Assembly (NCBI GenBank): GCA_022843285.1
Contig: JALHNY010000005.1
Coordinates: forward strand, 10,315 to 74,314
Source of the DNA: Minisyncoccota bacterium
GTDB taxonomy: Bacteria; Patescibacteriota; Minisyncoccia; UBA6257; 2-01-FULL-56-20
DNA length: 64,000 nt
Direction of reading: 5' to 3'
Shown here in pieces: positions 8,711 to 17,602 of this stretch; within the stretch, counting starts at the first letter, position 1; each line of letters begins with the position of its first letter. A model generated the notes under the pieces. That model worked only from the letters and a program-made list of their open reading frames with translations. It did not search any database and was not told where the DNA came from. The translations under genes and the position numbers were made by a program.

Positions 8711-9060
8711 AGCACCCATCACCGTGGCGAGAAGCGCAGTCCCGGGGAGCACGAACAAAGGTCTACGACGCAGACGGCAACCGTGTGGGGCTCGGCTCTG
8801 CGGGCATTCGCGCTCGCATCGTGAAGGCAGTCAACGCAGCAGAACAGCCCGGGAGCGTGAAGAACAAGGTCACCTCAAGGGTGTCTCTGGCGGTGAGCAT
8901 CAGCACGGTGAAGCAACGTGAGTTCCTCATGCCGGCCGATGGACGCGCGGCGCTCGCGCACATCCTCACGGTGCTGGAGGAACTCCTCGAAGCCGAAGAC
9001 GAGCGTCAGCTCGAGGACAAGCGCGCCCGAGAGAAAGAGCCCCGGGGGAGAGCACCATGA
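8707..9060 (+). CDS. hypothetical protein
   Basis: ATGA overlap with the upstream gene. Confidence 0.5.
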   Translation: MKHPSPWREAQSRGARTKVYDADGNRVGLGSAGIRARIVKAVNAAEQPGSVKNKVTSRVSLAVSISTVKQREFLMPADGRAALAHILTVLEELLEAEDERQLEDKRAREKEPRGRAP

Positions 9061-9281
9061 CGACCGCGAAGAAGAAGGCCCCCCTCATCCCCGTGCGCGA
9101 CCTCTTCAGCGGGGACGTGCTCCTGGCGCGGTGTCGTCGGCCGGCGCTCAAGGCAGGGTGGACCCAGGAGGACTGGGACGAATTCCTCAAGGAAGCGAAG
9201 ACCGGGAACCGCAGCTCGCAGAGTGACTACGACCACCTCGTGCAGACCATCATGACGTTCTTCGAGGAGACCGACGAATGA
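9057..9281 (+). CDS. hypothetical protein
   Basis: ATGA overlap with the upstream gene. Confidence 0.5.
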   Translation: MTTAKKKAPLIPVRDLFSGDVLLARCRRPALKAGWTQEDWDEFLKEAKTGNRSSQSDYDHLVQTIMTFFEETDE

Positions 9282-9514
9282 CCCGCGCCGAAGCTGCAGC
9301 TGTGCTCCGCAAGATGGCCTCCGAGTCGAAAGCTCTGGTGGCGATGGTGGAGAAGGACCTCGCGGACAACGCCTCGAGCCCCACCGCCGAGCAGCTCGAC
9401 GAGCACCGCGTGCGGCTCGCCGTCGCGAAGTTCTTCACTTTGAAGGCTGCCGTCTGGGAGAACACGTGCCGCAACGGCTCGTGTCAGTGGAAGCCGGAGG
9501 ACCTGCTGCCGTGA
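9278..9514 (+). CDS. hypothetical protein
   Basis: ATGA overlap with the upstream gene. Confidence 0.5.
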   Translation: MTRAEAAAVLRKMASESKALVAMVEKDLADNASSPTAEQLDEHRVRLAVAKFFTLKAAVWENTCRNGSCQWKPEDLLP

Positions 9515-9708
9515 CCCTCCTTCAGCGAAAGCTCGACCGCGAAGGGCCCTACGGCGAGGAAGAGTTCGAAGCGAGCGCGCACCCCGAAGTCTGGGTGCGG
9601 CTCGACGTCGCGCTCAACGCCCTGAAGGCGATTCGAGACGACGTCGACGCCAGTGCGAACGTGCTGCGCGAGCTGGCCGCTGCAGCGCTCAAGGCTGGTG
9701 GCCGATGA
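9511..9708 (+). CDS. hypothetical protein
   Basis: GTG start overlapping the upstream stop (GTGA). Confidence 0.4.
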   Translation: MTLLQRKLDREGPYGEEEFEASAHPEVWVRLDVALNALKAIRDDVDASANVLRELAAAALKAGGR

Positions 9709-9989
9709 GGACGGTGAAGAAGAGCGCCAACGGGTGGACGCGCCGCATCGCGCTCATCTGTGATGCCCCTGGCTGCATCGAAGAAGTGAAGTGGGACGTC
9801 GGCACAGGGGCGCAGGTCATCCCCGAAGGCGGAGTCCAGCACCCCCGCGAGCGGTGGCTCACGCTCAAGCGCGGAACGACGTCGTCGTACGAAGAGAAGA
9901 CCATCGATTACTGCCCGACGTGCGCTCCCGTCGTGCTTGACGTCTTGCGTGAGCGCGGTCTCGTCAACGCTGGAACCACCATCGAATGA
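9705..9989 (+). CDS. small zinc-ribbon protein (C..C...CPTC)
   Basis: ATGA overlap with the upstream gene. Confidence 0.5.
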   Translation: MRTVKKSANGWTRRIALICDAPGCIEEVKWDVGTGAQVIPEGGVQHPRERWLTLKRGTTSSYEEKTIDYCPTCAPVVLDVLRERGLVNAGTTIE

Positions 9990-10327
9990 AAGGAAGTCTT
10001 GTGCCGAACACCTCTCCGCAGCACCTCTCCCCTACCCCACTCACTCGAGCTGAAGTCGAGGCGTGGCCTCCCCTGGGCCCCATGAGCATCGACAAGGCGC
10101 GCGTGCTCGCGCTGTTCGACCGACTCGAACCACTCGAAGCTGCCTTCGCTGCAGCGACACCGAGCTTGGAAGCCGAAGCGCTCGACGCCGTGCAGGCCGC
10201 GAACGAACTGCTCACGCACCTGTACAAGGTGGTCCCTTGGGGAGCCACCTTCGACCTGAACATCTCGCAGCTCAACTCGGTGACGTGCCTTCTTCCGACG
10301 GTCTTGGCCAAGGCAGGTCGCCGATGA
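9986..10327 (+). CDS. hypothetical protein
   Basis: ATGA overlap with the upstream gene. Confidence 0.5.
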   Translation: MKGSLVPNTSPQHLSPTPLTRAEVEAWPPLGPMSIDKARVLALFDRLEPLEAAFAAATPSLEAEALDAVQAANELLTHLYKVVPWGATFDLNISQLNSVTCLLPTVLAKAGRR

Positions 10328-11070
10328 ACGCCCTCAGCGTGAACAACCACGCCGTCCTCCGGTTTCGTGAGCGCGCCAACAGCTGGCTCGACATGCAGCC
10401 CAAACCGCGTGGGTTGAAGGGGAAGAAGAGCTCTGTCGAGGAAGAAGCTCGCGTCATCCTCGCTGAGGTCATCACCGCCGCGCTGAAGAGCCCGGAGCGG
10501 GCCCAGGTCGTCTACGATTCCCGCGAGCGCCGGGAAATCTGTGTGGTCGACCTGTACGAGGCCCTTGGCGATTCGTTCGACCTTCACGCCGTGCTCTCCG
10601 TCGAGCGTGACGCCGTCATCACGGTGCTCGACGGCACGATGGTCGACACCAACTGGGAGTCGAAGCGCTGGCTCAAGAAGGACGGGACGCCCCGAGGCAT
10701 GGGGACGCTCGCCGACAAGCTCAAGGGCATCACCCTCCCCCCGATTCCGAAGCTCGCTCCCATCCTCACCCCTCTCCCTGCTCCCACGGTTCCAATGCCC
10801 CCTCCGCACCACCCGCCTGTCGTTCCCACGCCGAAACCCGCCATCATCACCGCGCTCGAAGACGCTGAAGAGGCGCGGCAGCAGCGAAAGCAAAACTCGA
10901 AGGAGGAGCGGCTCGTCGAAATCCTCGTCGCCGGGAAGGAGAAGTACACGCACTACGAATCAAAGGAGGCTGCGGCCGACGCCATCGCGCGGCTGAAGCT
11001 CGACGGCACACCGTACGCCGTGTGGAAGCGCGTCATCGTGAAGGTCACCGTCGCTGTGGAGGAGGAATGA
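10324..11070 (+). CDS. hypothetical protein with a Pro-rich linker
   Basis: ATGA overlap. Contains the stretch PPIPKLAPILTPLPAPTVPMPPPHHPPVVPTPKP. Confidence 0.55.
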   Translation: MNALSVNNHAVLRFRERANSWLDMQPKPRGLKGKKSSVEEEARVILAEVITAALKSPERAQVVYDSRERREICVVDLYEALGDSFDLHAVLSVERDAVITVLDGTMVDTNWESKRWLKKDGTPRGMGTLADKLKGITLPPIPKLAPILTPLPAPTVPMPPPHHPPVVPTPKPAIITALEDAEEARQQRKQNSKEERLVEILVAGKEKYTHYESKEAAADAIARLKLDGTPYAVWKRVIVKVTVAVEEE

Positions 11071-11609
11071 ACTATTCAGGCACCGTCGAGCTGGAAAACT
11101 CCGAAGTCGCAGGCCACCTCATCGACTACCTCGAGCTGGCGGTCGAGGCGCGCGAACTGCTCCGGGCACTCATCCTCGTGGGGAAGTGGCCCGATGCGGT
11201 GGACGTCATGGGCGCGCTTCAGGCGCGCGAAATCGAGAAGAAGCGTGCGCTGCTCACTCATCTGAGGGTGACCCTCAACGACAAAGAGCGCGCGAAGCTC
11301 ACCGAGCAGCTGCAGCTCGACCGCATCGACAACCCGGAGTACCGAGGACTCATCTTCGAGGAGTGGAACGCGCTGTCGCACCGCTGGACCGAAGCAGTAC
11401 GCGAGGAGGAAGTGAGGCGAGGCGAAGGCCCTCGCCCGGTGCTCGAGGAGCTGAAGAACGCACGCCTCGTCATCGCGGTGCTGCTCGAACTCATCAACGA
11501 GCTCATCCACCTCAACGGGGTCTATGCCGCGATGCAGGCGTCGAAGTCAGCAGGCCCGGTGCTGCTCAAGGCGCTCACCTGGCACAGTCGCGCCCGCCCG
11601 GGGTACTGA
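11067..11609 (+). CDS. hypothetical protein
   Basis: ATGA overlap. Last gene of the plus-strand operon. Confidence 0.55.
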   Translation: MNYSGTVELENSEVAGHLIDYLELAVEARELLRALILVGKWPDAVDVMGALQAREIEKKRALLTHLRVTLNDKERAKLTEQLQLDRIDNPEYRGLIFEEWNALSHRWTEAVREEEVRRGEGPRPVLEELKNARLVIAVLLELINELIHLNGVYAAMQASKSAGPVLLKALTWHSRARPGY

Positions 11610-11618
11610 AACGAGAAA

Positions 11619-11645
11619 GGGCCCCGCAGTCGCCCGCGGGGCCCC
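11619..11645. terminator. GC-rich hairpin (GGGCCCCGC ... GCGGGGCCC) between convergent operons
   Basis: Perfect 9-bp stem. A T-rich tail follows only in the minus-strand reading. Confidence 0.45.
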
Positions 11646-11682
11646 ACGAAGGTTGAAGGAACGAGGACTGAAGCCCCGCACC

Positions 11683-11788
11683 TTAGCGCTTGCTGCGCTT
11701 GTTCTTCAGGCACTGGCCCTTGCGCTTTCCGCGCTTGACCACGCCGTGCTTGCAGTGACGCTTCTTCCTGCGGTGCATGATTTCCATG
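11683..11788 (-). CDS. 34-aa highly basic micro-protein (MEIMHRRKKRHCKHGVVKRGKRKGQCLKNKRSKR)
   Basis: Not in the ORF track, which omits ORFs under 60 aa. AAGGAGG RBS 7 nt upstream of the ATG; ends in a TAA stop. Confidence 0.6.
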
Positions 11789-11850
11789 TCGTCGTTCCTC
11801 CTTTTCTTTCAGAGTCGCTCAGTACGTGCAGCGTTGCGAGAGCGCGGACC

Positions 11851-11979
11851 TTAGCGCTTGCCCTTCAGGCACTTCTTCGCGTGCGCGCGGTAGCTGTGAG
11901 TCGACTTGTACTTCGCCGACTTCGCGTTCCACTCGCGGGCGCACTTCTTCATCTTCGAGCCCTGTTTCGCCATGGTCAT
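11851..11979 (-). CDS. 40-42-aa highly basic micro-protein (M(TM)AKQGSKMKKCAREWNAKSAKYKSTHSYRAHAKKCLKGKR)
   Basis: AAGGAG RBS. Its ATG overlaps the upstream stop (ATGA). Confidence 0.55.
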   Translation of the reverse strand: MTMAKQGSKMKKCAREWNAKSAKYKSTHSYRAHAKKCLKGKR

Positions 11980-12281
11980 TTCTCCTTCAGCTTGTCGTTC
12001 GCGAACCATCCGCCGGCGCCGCCCAGGACAGCAGCAGCGAGCAGCCACCCCCACAACGGGAGCGTGATGTTGAAGAGCGTGACCGGCGTCTGCAGCAGCT
12101 CGGTGGTGGTCGGTTGCGCGCTGGGCTGAACCGAGGAGCCCGTCGACCCGACACCCGAGAGCATCATCACCGCGCTGTCGTCGCCGAGCGCGCCGCCGCT
12201 CGCCTCGCCGAGGCCGGAGATGAACCGTCCCCCGGTGGGCGTGACGTTCAGCATGCCGAGCAGGTGCGCGTTGTTCGTCAT
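11976..12281 (-). CDS. small membrane protein (C-proximal TM helix)
   Basis: Hydrophobic segment LPLWGWLLAAAVLGGAGGWF. Confidence 0.5.
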   Translation of the reverse strand: MTNNAHLLGMLNVTPTGGRFISGLGEASGGALGDDSAVMMLSGVGSTGSSVQPSAQPTTTELLQTPVTLFNITLPLWGWLLAAAVLGGAGGWFANDKLKEK

Positions 12282-12287
12282 GAGCTC

Positions 12288-12728
12288 TTACCGGCGCAGG
12301 GCGACGACGAGGCCGAGGCCGAGGGCCGCAGCGAGGGCGAGACCGACCGGCACGGCGACGTTGGACCAACCGGCGGCCGAAGCGTTCGCCTCAGCGATGC
12401 GGGCCTGCGTCTGGAGCGCGGCGTAGTCGGTGGCCGCCTGCGCCTGGTCTCGAGCTGCGCCTCGACCGGTGACGGAGTCGACGATGCCCGTGACGCCGCC
12501 GGTGATGGAACCGACCGCGTCGGTGAACCAGTCGCCGAAGCCCCGGAGGCCTCCACCGCGAACGCCGCCGAAGGCAGCACCGCTGGTCGCGACCGCGAGG
12601 TCAGGGCGCTGCGTGCGGCGCAGGCCCATCGTGGGCCCCTTGGGCACGTACTGCGCCTGCGTCGCGGGCGAGAACATGCCGAGCGCGGCGGGGCTCATGT
12701 TCGGATTGGCGCAGTAGAGGTGAGCCAT
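12288..12728 (-). CDS. membrane-anchored Gly/Ala-rich protein (C-terminal TM helix)
   Basis: Hydrophobic C-terminus VAVPVGLALAAALGLGLVVAL. Confidence 0.5.
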   Translation of the reverse strand: MAHLYCANPNMSPAALGMFSPATQAQYVPKGPTMGLRRTQRPDLAVATSGAAFGGVRGGGLRGFGDWFTDAVGSITGGVTGIVDSVTGRGAARDQAQAATDYAALQTQARIAEANASAAGWSNVAVPVGLALAAALGLGLVVALRR

Positions 12729-12771
12729 AGTGCCTTGACCGTAGCAGGTGGACGTGCGGGGACCTACAAAC

Positions 12772-13167
12772 TCAGCGCTTGCCGAGCTTCGAGACGCCCC
12801 ACACCGCGAAGCCGAGCGCGCCGAGCGCGAACAAACCGCCGCCCACCATCTTCAGGGTGCGGCTGCGCTCGCGCGCCGCCTCCTGCGCGGCAATCGTCGC
12901 GACGGAGTTCTGGAACCCGGTGGCCGCGGTGCCGCCCTGGTTGAAGATGTTCTTCACGAAGTCGAGAGCACCGCCGCCGAGAAGAGATTCCATACCGCCG
13001 CCTTTGGCGTCTGCACCGTACGCCGGTTGAGTTCGAATCGTCGTGCTCGTGCCGCCACGGATGCTCGCGGGGTCGATGCCTTGAGACTTCGCCTGCGCGT
13101 CGAGGAGCGCGAGGTCCTCGTCGAGACCTCGAAGACCTGCAGAGGCGATGAACACGGGCGCGCTCAC
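12772..13167 (-). CDS. membrane-anchored Gly-rich protein (C-terminal TM helix)
   Basis: Hydrophobic C-terminus LFALGALGFAVWGV. Confidence 0.5.
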   Translation of the reverse strand: MSAPVFIASAGLRGLDEDLALLDAQAKSQGIDPASIRGGTSTTIRTQPAYGADAKGGGMESLLGGGALDFVKNIFNQGGTAATGFQNSVATIAAQEAARERSRTLKMVGGGLFALGALGFAVWGVSKLGKR

Positions 13168-13781
13168 GTGACCACCTCTTCACCTTCGGCTGCATCGAAG
13201 TCGGGCGTACGCCGGCACTTCTTCTTGGTGACTTCGCCCTCGATGGGCTTGGCGTGCGCGCCGACGTCGCCGAAGACGTCGTCGCCGAGAATGACGGCGT
13301 CGCCGTTGGCCATCTTCCGGCCTCGACCACGACCTCGAGCGCGTCGAGGTTCAGCGTCCCCCTCCGAGGTCCCGCTGAACGCCGACGTCTCGTTTTTCAG
13401 AACGAAGAAGGCCACGCCCATCAGCGCGGCGACCCCTAAGCCGATGAAGAGCGGCTGCTTCCACAGCGGCTGCTGCACGAGCCCGGTGTTGGTAGCACCG
13501 GTCACGCTCACGGGACCCGGCGCCTTCACCGGCGCGCGGTGACCCGAGCCCGCGAGCTTCCGCAGCTGCTCGAGCACGTTCGCGTCGACGCTGCCCACCG
13601 ACTGCTGCAGCGCGCGCGTCACTTCTGCGGAGGTGTTGGACCCGAAGATGCCGTCGACCTTGAGCGGCCCGTAGCCCATCGCGTTGAGCAGCGTCTGCGC
13701 TTCAGCGACCGTCGGAGAAGACACGTTCCCCACCGGCGCCACGCGCTGACCTGCGAACTGATGGACGTACGCGGGGTGCAT
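13164..13781 (-). CDS. peptidoglycan-binding-domain protein with a TM helix
   Basis: AEAQTLLNAMGYGPLKVDGIFGSNTSAEVTRALQQ matches the PG_binding_1 fold pattern. Central TM helix LFIGLGVAALMGVAFFV. Confidence 0.55.
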   Translation of the reverse strand: MHPAYVHQFAGQRVAPVGNVSSPTVAEAQTLLNAMGYGPLKVDGIFGSNTSAEVTRALQQSVGSVDANVLEQLRKLAGSGHRAPVKAPGPVSVTGATNTGLVQQPLWKQPLFIGLGVAALMGVAFFVLKNETSAFSGTSEGDAEPRRARGRGRGRKMANGDAVILGDDVFGDVGAHAKPIEGEVTKKKCRRTPDFDAAEGEEVVT

Positions 13782-13787
13782 GGTGCG

Positions 13788-14714
13788 TCACTTCTTCCGG
13801 GTGAGGAAGAACACGCCGACGCCGATGGCCACGACGGCAGCAGCGCCGCCGATGTAGAGCCCGGTGTTCGACGCCGGCGCTGCAGCGGCGCCGCGCGGCC
13901 CCATCGTATTGTTGATGAGCGGCCCGAGCTGGTCGGCGAGCGAGTTGGTGCCGGTGGGCGTGTTGGGCGCGATGTACTGGTTCTCGGCCTGAATGCCGCC
14001 ACCGGGCGTGGTGTTCGACGTCGACGTGCTCGAGGGCACGCGGAACGCCATGATGTTCTCCATCTGCTCCTGAATCGCTTCGAACGCGGCGACTCGCACC
14101 TGCTCGTCAGCTGACGTGCGGCGACCGGCGAAGAGGACGTTCCAGGGGCGCTTCGTACCGGCGTCGGCCTGCGCGATGGCGCCCTTGATGGCGTTGCGGA
14201 CCCCGGTCATGAAGTTGCGCGTCGCCGTGTCGCGCGACGAAGCGGCCTTGAGCTGGTTCCACTTCAGCCCGACCTGCGCGGCGAAGCTCGAATCAGCGGG
14301 CGTGTACGGCACGGGCCCGTAGTTCGGGTCCTTGATGCCGAGCACGTCGTGCTGCTTGTTGACGGCGGTCACCCACGCGCGGTTGGTGCCGAAGAAGTCG
14401 GCCGCGCTCCACGCTTCGTCGAACTCGAACTCGTCGAAGAGCGGGGTGGCGCCGAAGCTCCCGGCGCCGGCCGAGCTGAGCGCACCGAAGCCGCCCGCTC
14501 CTGCGAGACCGCGTGACGTCGGACCGACGAGGCCGTACGCGCTCGGCTGCACGAGCATGCCTCGAGCCTGCGAGGCGTTGCCGAAGAGCTTGCTGACCTG
14601 CGGCGCTTTGACGGGCACCTTCTGCTGCACACCGCGGGCGTTGGTGAGCAGCCGCTGGCCGAGCTGAGAAGAGCTCGGGGGCTTCGCACGAAACTGGTTG
14701 AAGAGGTTGAGCAC
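13788..14714 (-). CDS. membrane-anchored Gly/Ala/Pro-rich protein (C-terminal TM helix)
   Basis: C-terminus YIGGAAAVVAIGVGVFFLTRKK. Confidence 0.55.
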   Translation of the reverse strand: MLNLFNQFRAKPPSSSQLGQRLLTNARGVQQKVPVKAPQVSKLFGNASQARGMLVQPSAYGLVGPTSRGLAGAGGFGALSSAGAGSFGATPLFDEFEFDEAWSAADFFGTNRAWVTAVNKQHDVLGIKDPNYGPVPYTPADSSFAAQVGLKWNQLKAASSRDTATRNFMTGVRNAIKGAIAQADAGTKRPWNVLFAGRRTSADEQVRVAAFEAIQEQMENIMAFRVPSSTSTSNTTPGGGIQAENQYIAPNTPTGTNSLADQLGPLINNTMGPRGAAAAPASNTGLYIGGAAAVVAIGVGVFFLTRKK

Positions 14715-14725
14715 GGCGGAGCCTT

Positions 14726-15565
14726 TCAGCGGAAGACGAGGTAGCCGACGACCGCCACCAGGGCGACACCGCCGATGATGTACGGGAGCTTCGAGCTGCT
14801 CGGCGCGACGCCGGTGGTGATGAAGCTGTCGGGAGCAAGGCGACCCGGCGTCGAGGTCGTGGTGCCCTCACCCGTCGTGTAGTCGGGGACGAAGTCCTGA
14901 CGGCTCGGAGGCGGCGCGGAAGGCAGGCTGGGCAGGCCAGCGCCCGTCGCGCTCGAACCCGTCGCTGCGGTCTTCATGTCCTTCGCGGCGTCGATGATGC
15001 CCTGGTCGCGCGAGTTCATCATCGCCTCACGCGCCTTGTCCGCCGTGAGCCCGCCGCTCGAGGGCGGCGTCAGCGTCAGCGGCTTGTTGCCGAACGACGG
15101 CGGCTGCAGAGGCGTGATGGGCACGAAGCCCGTCTTCGGCGTGTTGATGATGCCGGGGTTGCTCGGCGTGATGTTCGAACCCGGCAGGTTGAGCGCGGGA
15201 GGCGCCGGGTTGAAGAGCGAGTTGCTCTTCGTGTTCAGCTTGTCGAACGAAGGCGTGAGCTGCTTCGTCGCCGCTGCGTTGCGCAGGTCGATGGGCGCGC
15301 TGATGCCGGAGCCCACGTTCGGCTGCTGGAGCGTCCCACCGACGAGGTTCTTCATCGTGCTGGGAGGTGCGAGCGTGTTGGCCTTCATCAGCGGCGTGAA
15401 GTTGGTGGTGACGCCGTTGGTCTTCGTGTCGAAGCCCTGCGCGCTGGGCAGGAGCGCCATGTTCTTGTTGAGCCCCGTGGTGGGCGGGTTGACGAAGCCC
15501 AGGGTGCCCAGCCCCGCGAGCATGCGCTGCTTGTGGCCCATGCGGCTGTGCTGGAACGGGGTCAT
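14726..15565 (-). CDS. membrane-anchored Pro/Thr/Asn-rich protein (C-terminal TM helix)
   Basis: C-terminus YIIGGVALVAVVGYLVFR. The body of the protein is low-complexity. Confidence 0.55.
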   Translation of the reverse strand: MTPFQHSRMGHKQRMLAGLGTLGFVNPPTTGLNKNMALLPSAQGFDTKTNGVTTNFTPLMKANTLAPPSTMKNLVGGTLQQPNVGSGISAPIDLRNAAATKQLTPSFDKLNTKSNSLFNPAPPALNLPGSNITPSNPGIINTPKTGFVPITPLQPPSFGNKPLTLTPPSSGGLTADKAREAMMNSRDQGIIDAAKDMKTAATGSSATGAGLPSLPSAPPPSRQDFVPDYTTGEGTTTSTPGRLAPDSFITTGVAPSSSKLPYIIGGVALVAVVGYLVFR

Positions 15566-15576
15566 CGTCTTCTCCT

Positions 15577-15756
15577 CAACCGCAGGAACACGCTCCTGCT
15601 GCGAACTGCTTCACCTGCACCATGCCACGGTCGGCCTCGCGTGCTCCGAGCCACCGACCATCAGGAAGACGCCACCATTCGATGCCGTCCTTCTTCACCA
15701 CGAAGGTCGCGCGCTGCTGTGCGACCTGAACTGAGAACTGCGCTCGAGTCATCATG
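15577..15756 (-). CDS. small hypothetical protein (about 59 aa)
   Basis: ATG-initiated ORF found by hand translation; it is not in the ORF track. It fills the gap between two genes. Confidence 0.3.
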
Positions 15757-15770
15757 CTCGAGGTTCTACA

Positions 15771-16256
15771 TCACCGCGTGGGGATGAGCCCACCGGGGTT
15801 GGGCTGAAACGCCCACGCGGGGATGGTGCCCTTCACGGCACCGTCGGCGTCGATGTACGCCCCGAGACCCTTCACGCCGCCGTCGTCGCCGTACGCGACC
15901 GCCGTCTTCGCGCCCACGCTGAAGCCGACTGCCGTGGCGACCGCTCCGAGCAGCGCCGCGATGGCGCCCTTCTTCGTCTTGCCGGTCGCGAGCAGGTAGA
16001 CGCCGGTGAGCAGCGTTCCTGCCCCGCCGGCCACGAGCCCCGAACCGAGGTTGAGCCCGAAGCGGAAGTTGTTCGCGCCGAGCGGGTTGGCCGCGTCCCA
16101 CGCTGCGTTGGTGTTCGCGACCCACTGCTCGCGCGTCACCTGCGTCGGCGTCTTCGCCTGCACCTCGAGCGGGTAGAACTTCCCGTCCGGGCCGAGGCTG
16201 GAGCCCAGGCCACCGAAGCCGGTACCACTGTTGAGGACGAAGGTCGGTGCGCTCAT
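15771..16256 (-). CDS. Gly-rich membrane protein
   Basis: TM segment GAIAALLGAVATAVGF. Confidence 0.5.
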   Translation of the reverse strand: MSAPTFVLNSGTGFGGLGSSLGPDGKFYPLEVQAKTPTQVTREQWVANTNAAWDAANPLGANNFRFGLNLGSGLVAGGAGTLLTGVYLLATGKTKKGAIAALLGAVATAVGFSVGAKTAVAYGDDGGVKGLGAYIDADGAVKGTIPAWAFQPNPGGLIPTR

Positions 16257-16263
16257 GGGTGGA

Positions 16264-16731
16264 TTACTTCTTCAGTGCGACGAAGCCGATGCCGAGAACG
16301 ACGATGCCGCCGAGGACCCAGCCGCCGATAGGAATGCCGAGCGGACCGGGCGAGGGCGCGTTGATGACCGTCGTCGCGGCCGGCGGCGTGCTGTTCGAGA
16401 AGAACGAGCCCGTGGCGCGGCTGAGGCGGTCGAAGAAGTCGGCGACCGTCTGTCCGCCCTGGGTGACGTCACGCGCACCTTCGACGGGCGTGCTGCCGCC
16501 GATGGTGGGCTGCGGCTGCTGCTTCGCCCACGTCGACCAGTCATCGGCCGAGGGCGCGTTGCCGAAGCCGCTGACGCGCATGCCGCCGAACGCTGCGCCT
16601 GCGGCGCCAGCTGCCGCACCGGCCGCGAGACCGGAGCGCGTGGCGTTGGCGCGCGCGAAGTACGACAGCTTCGAGGGGTCGCTCACGATGAGCGGGCGAC
16701 GGGGGGCCCAACCGGGGACGTTGTTGCTCAT
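16264..16731 (-). CDS. membrane-anchored Gly/Ala-rich protein (C-terminal TM helix)
   Basis: C-terminus GGWVLGGIVVLGIGFVALKK. Confidence 0.5.
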   Translation of the reverse strand: MSNNVPGWAPRRPLIVSDPSKLSYFARANATRSGLAAGAAAGAAGAAFGGMRVSGFGNAPSADDWSTWAKQQPQPTIGGSTPVEGARDVTQGGQTVADFFDRLSRATGSFFSNSTPPAATTVINAPSPGPLGIPIGGWVLGGIVVLGIGFVALKK

Positions 16732-16744
16732 GGTGACGGCTCCT

Positions 16745-17602
16745 TCACTTCCAGAAGTAGTAGCCCGTCGCGAGTGCGACAGGGAGCAGCCACCAGGGGA
16801 GCCAGGTGCGTGCTGCGGAGTTGACAGACTTCGTCTGCTGAAGCTGAAGGTCCTGCATCAGCGCCGGAATTTCGGCAGCCACCGACGCGCTGCCCGGTTC
16901 CTGGCTCACGATGGGCTCGACGGCGCGCGCGGCTTCAGCGAAGCCCGAGAGCACCCCTTGAGTCTGGTACTGCAGGTACGAGTCCCACCAGTTGTTGGGG
17001 TCGAGGTTGCCCAAGCCGCTGAGCGCGCCTGAAGCACCGGCAGCGACGCGAACATCTTCGGGGAAGAAGAGGTTCGTCCGGCCGACCCACGAGGGCGGTC
17101 GCCACTGGTCCTTCATGTTGAGGGTCACCTGCTCGTTGCCCTTCGCCGAAGCGCGGAGCAGCGGAGGGAGCGCGGGCGCCTTGAAGTTCTTCTCGGCCGT
17201 CTCCATCGCTTGCAGCATGACGTTGCGGCGCAGGGTGGCGAACTTCGCCGTCTCGACGAGAATCTTCTTCTCCGAGGCGGAGTTCGCCTTCGCAGCGGCC
17301 TGCTGCGCGGTGATGGCCTTGTCGCCTTCGCGTGACGCCATCAGCGCGTAGGCCGCCATCATGCGGCCCTTCTCGCTCGAGACGCGGTGGTCGTACGCGT
17401 CCTGGGCGAGCGCGGCGCGGCGCATCTTCATCGCGTCCGTCTGGTCCTTGCCCGCTGCGACGTTCGCTTCCCACGCCTTCGCGAGGTACGCGCCCGACAC
17501 GGTCGCGCCTTCGTCCATGCGCTTGAGCGCACGGAGCGCGAGCTGGGACGCCTGCGTGTCCTTCGAGCCCTTCAAGAACTGAATCGCCGCTGACGTGCTC
17601 AC
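16745..17602 (-). CDS. alpha-helical protein with a C-terminal TM anchor
   Basis: GTG start overlapping the upstream stop (GTGA). The Arg/His-rich N-terminal extension in the ORF track looks like shadow sequence. Confidence 0.5.
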   Translation of the reverse strand: MSTSAAIQFLKGSKDTQASQLALRALKRMDEGATVSGAYLAKAWEANVAAGKDQTDAMKMRRAALAQDAYDHRVSSEKGRMMAAYALMASREGDKAITAQQAAAKANSASEKKILVETAKFATLRRNVMLQAMETAEKNFKAPALPPLLRASAKGNEQVTLNMKDQWRPPSWVGRTNLFFPEDVRVAAGASGALSGLGNLDPNNWWDSYLQYQTQGVLSGFAEAARAVEPIVSQEPGSASVAAEIPALMQDLQLQQTKSVNSAARTWLPWWLLPVALATGYYFWK

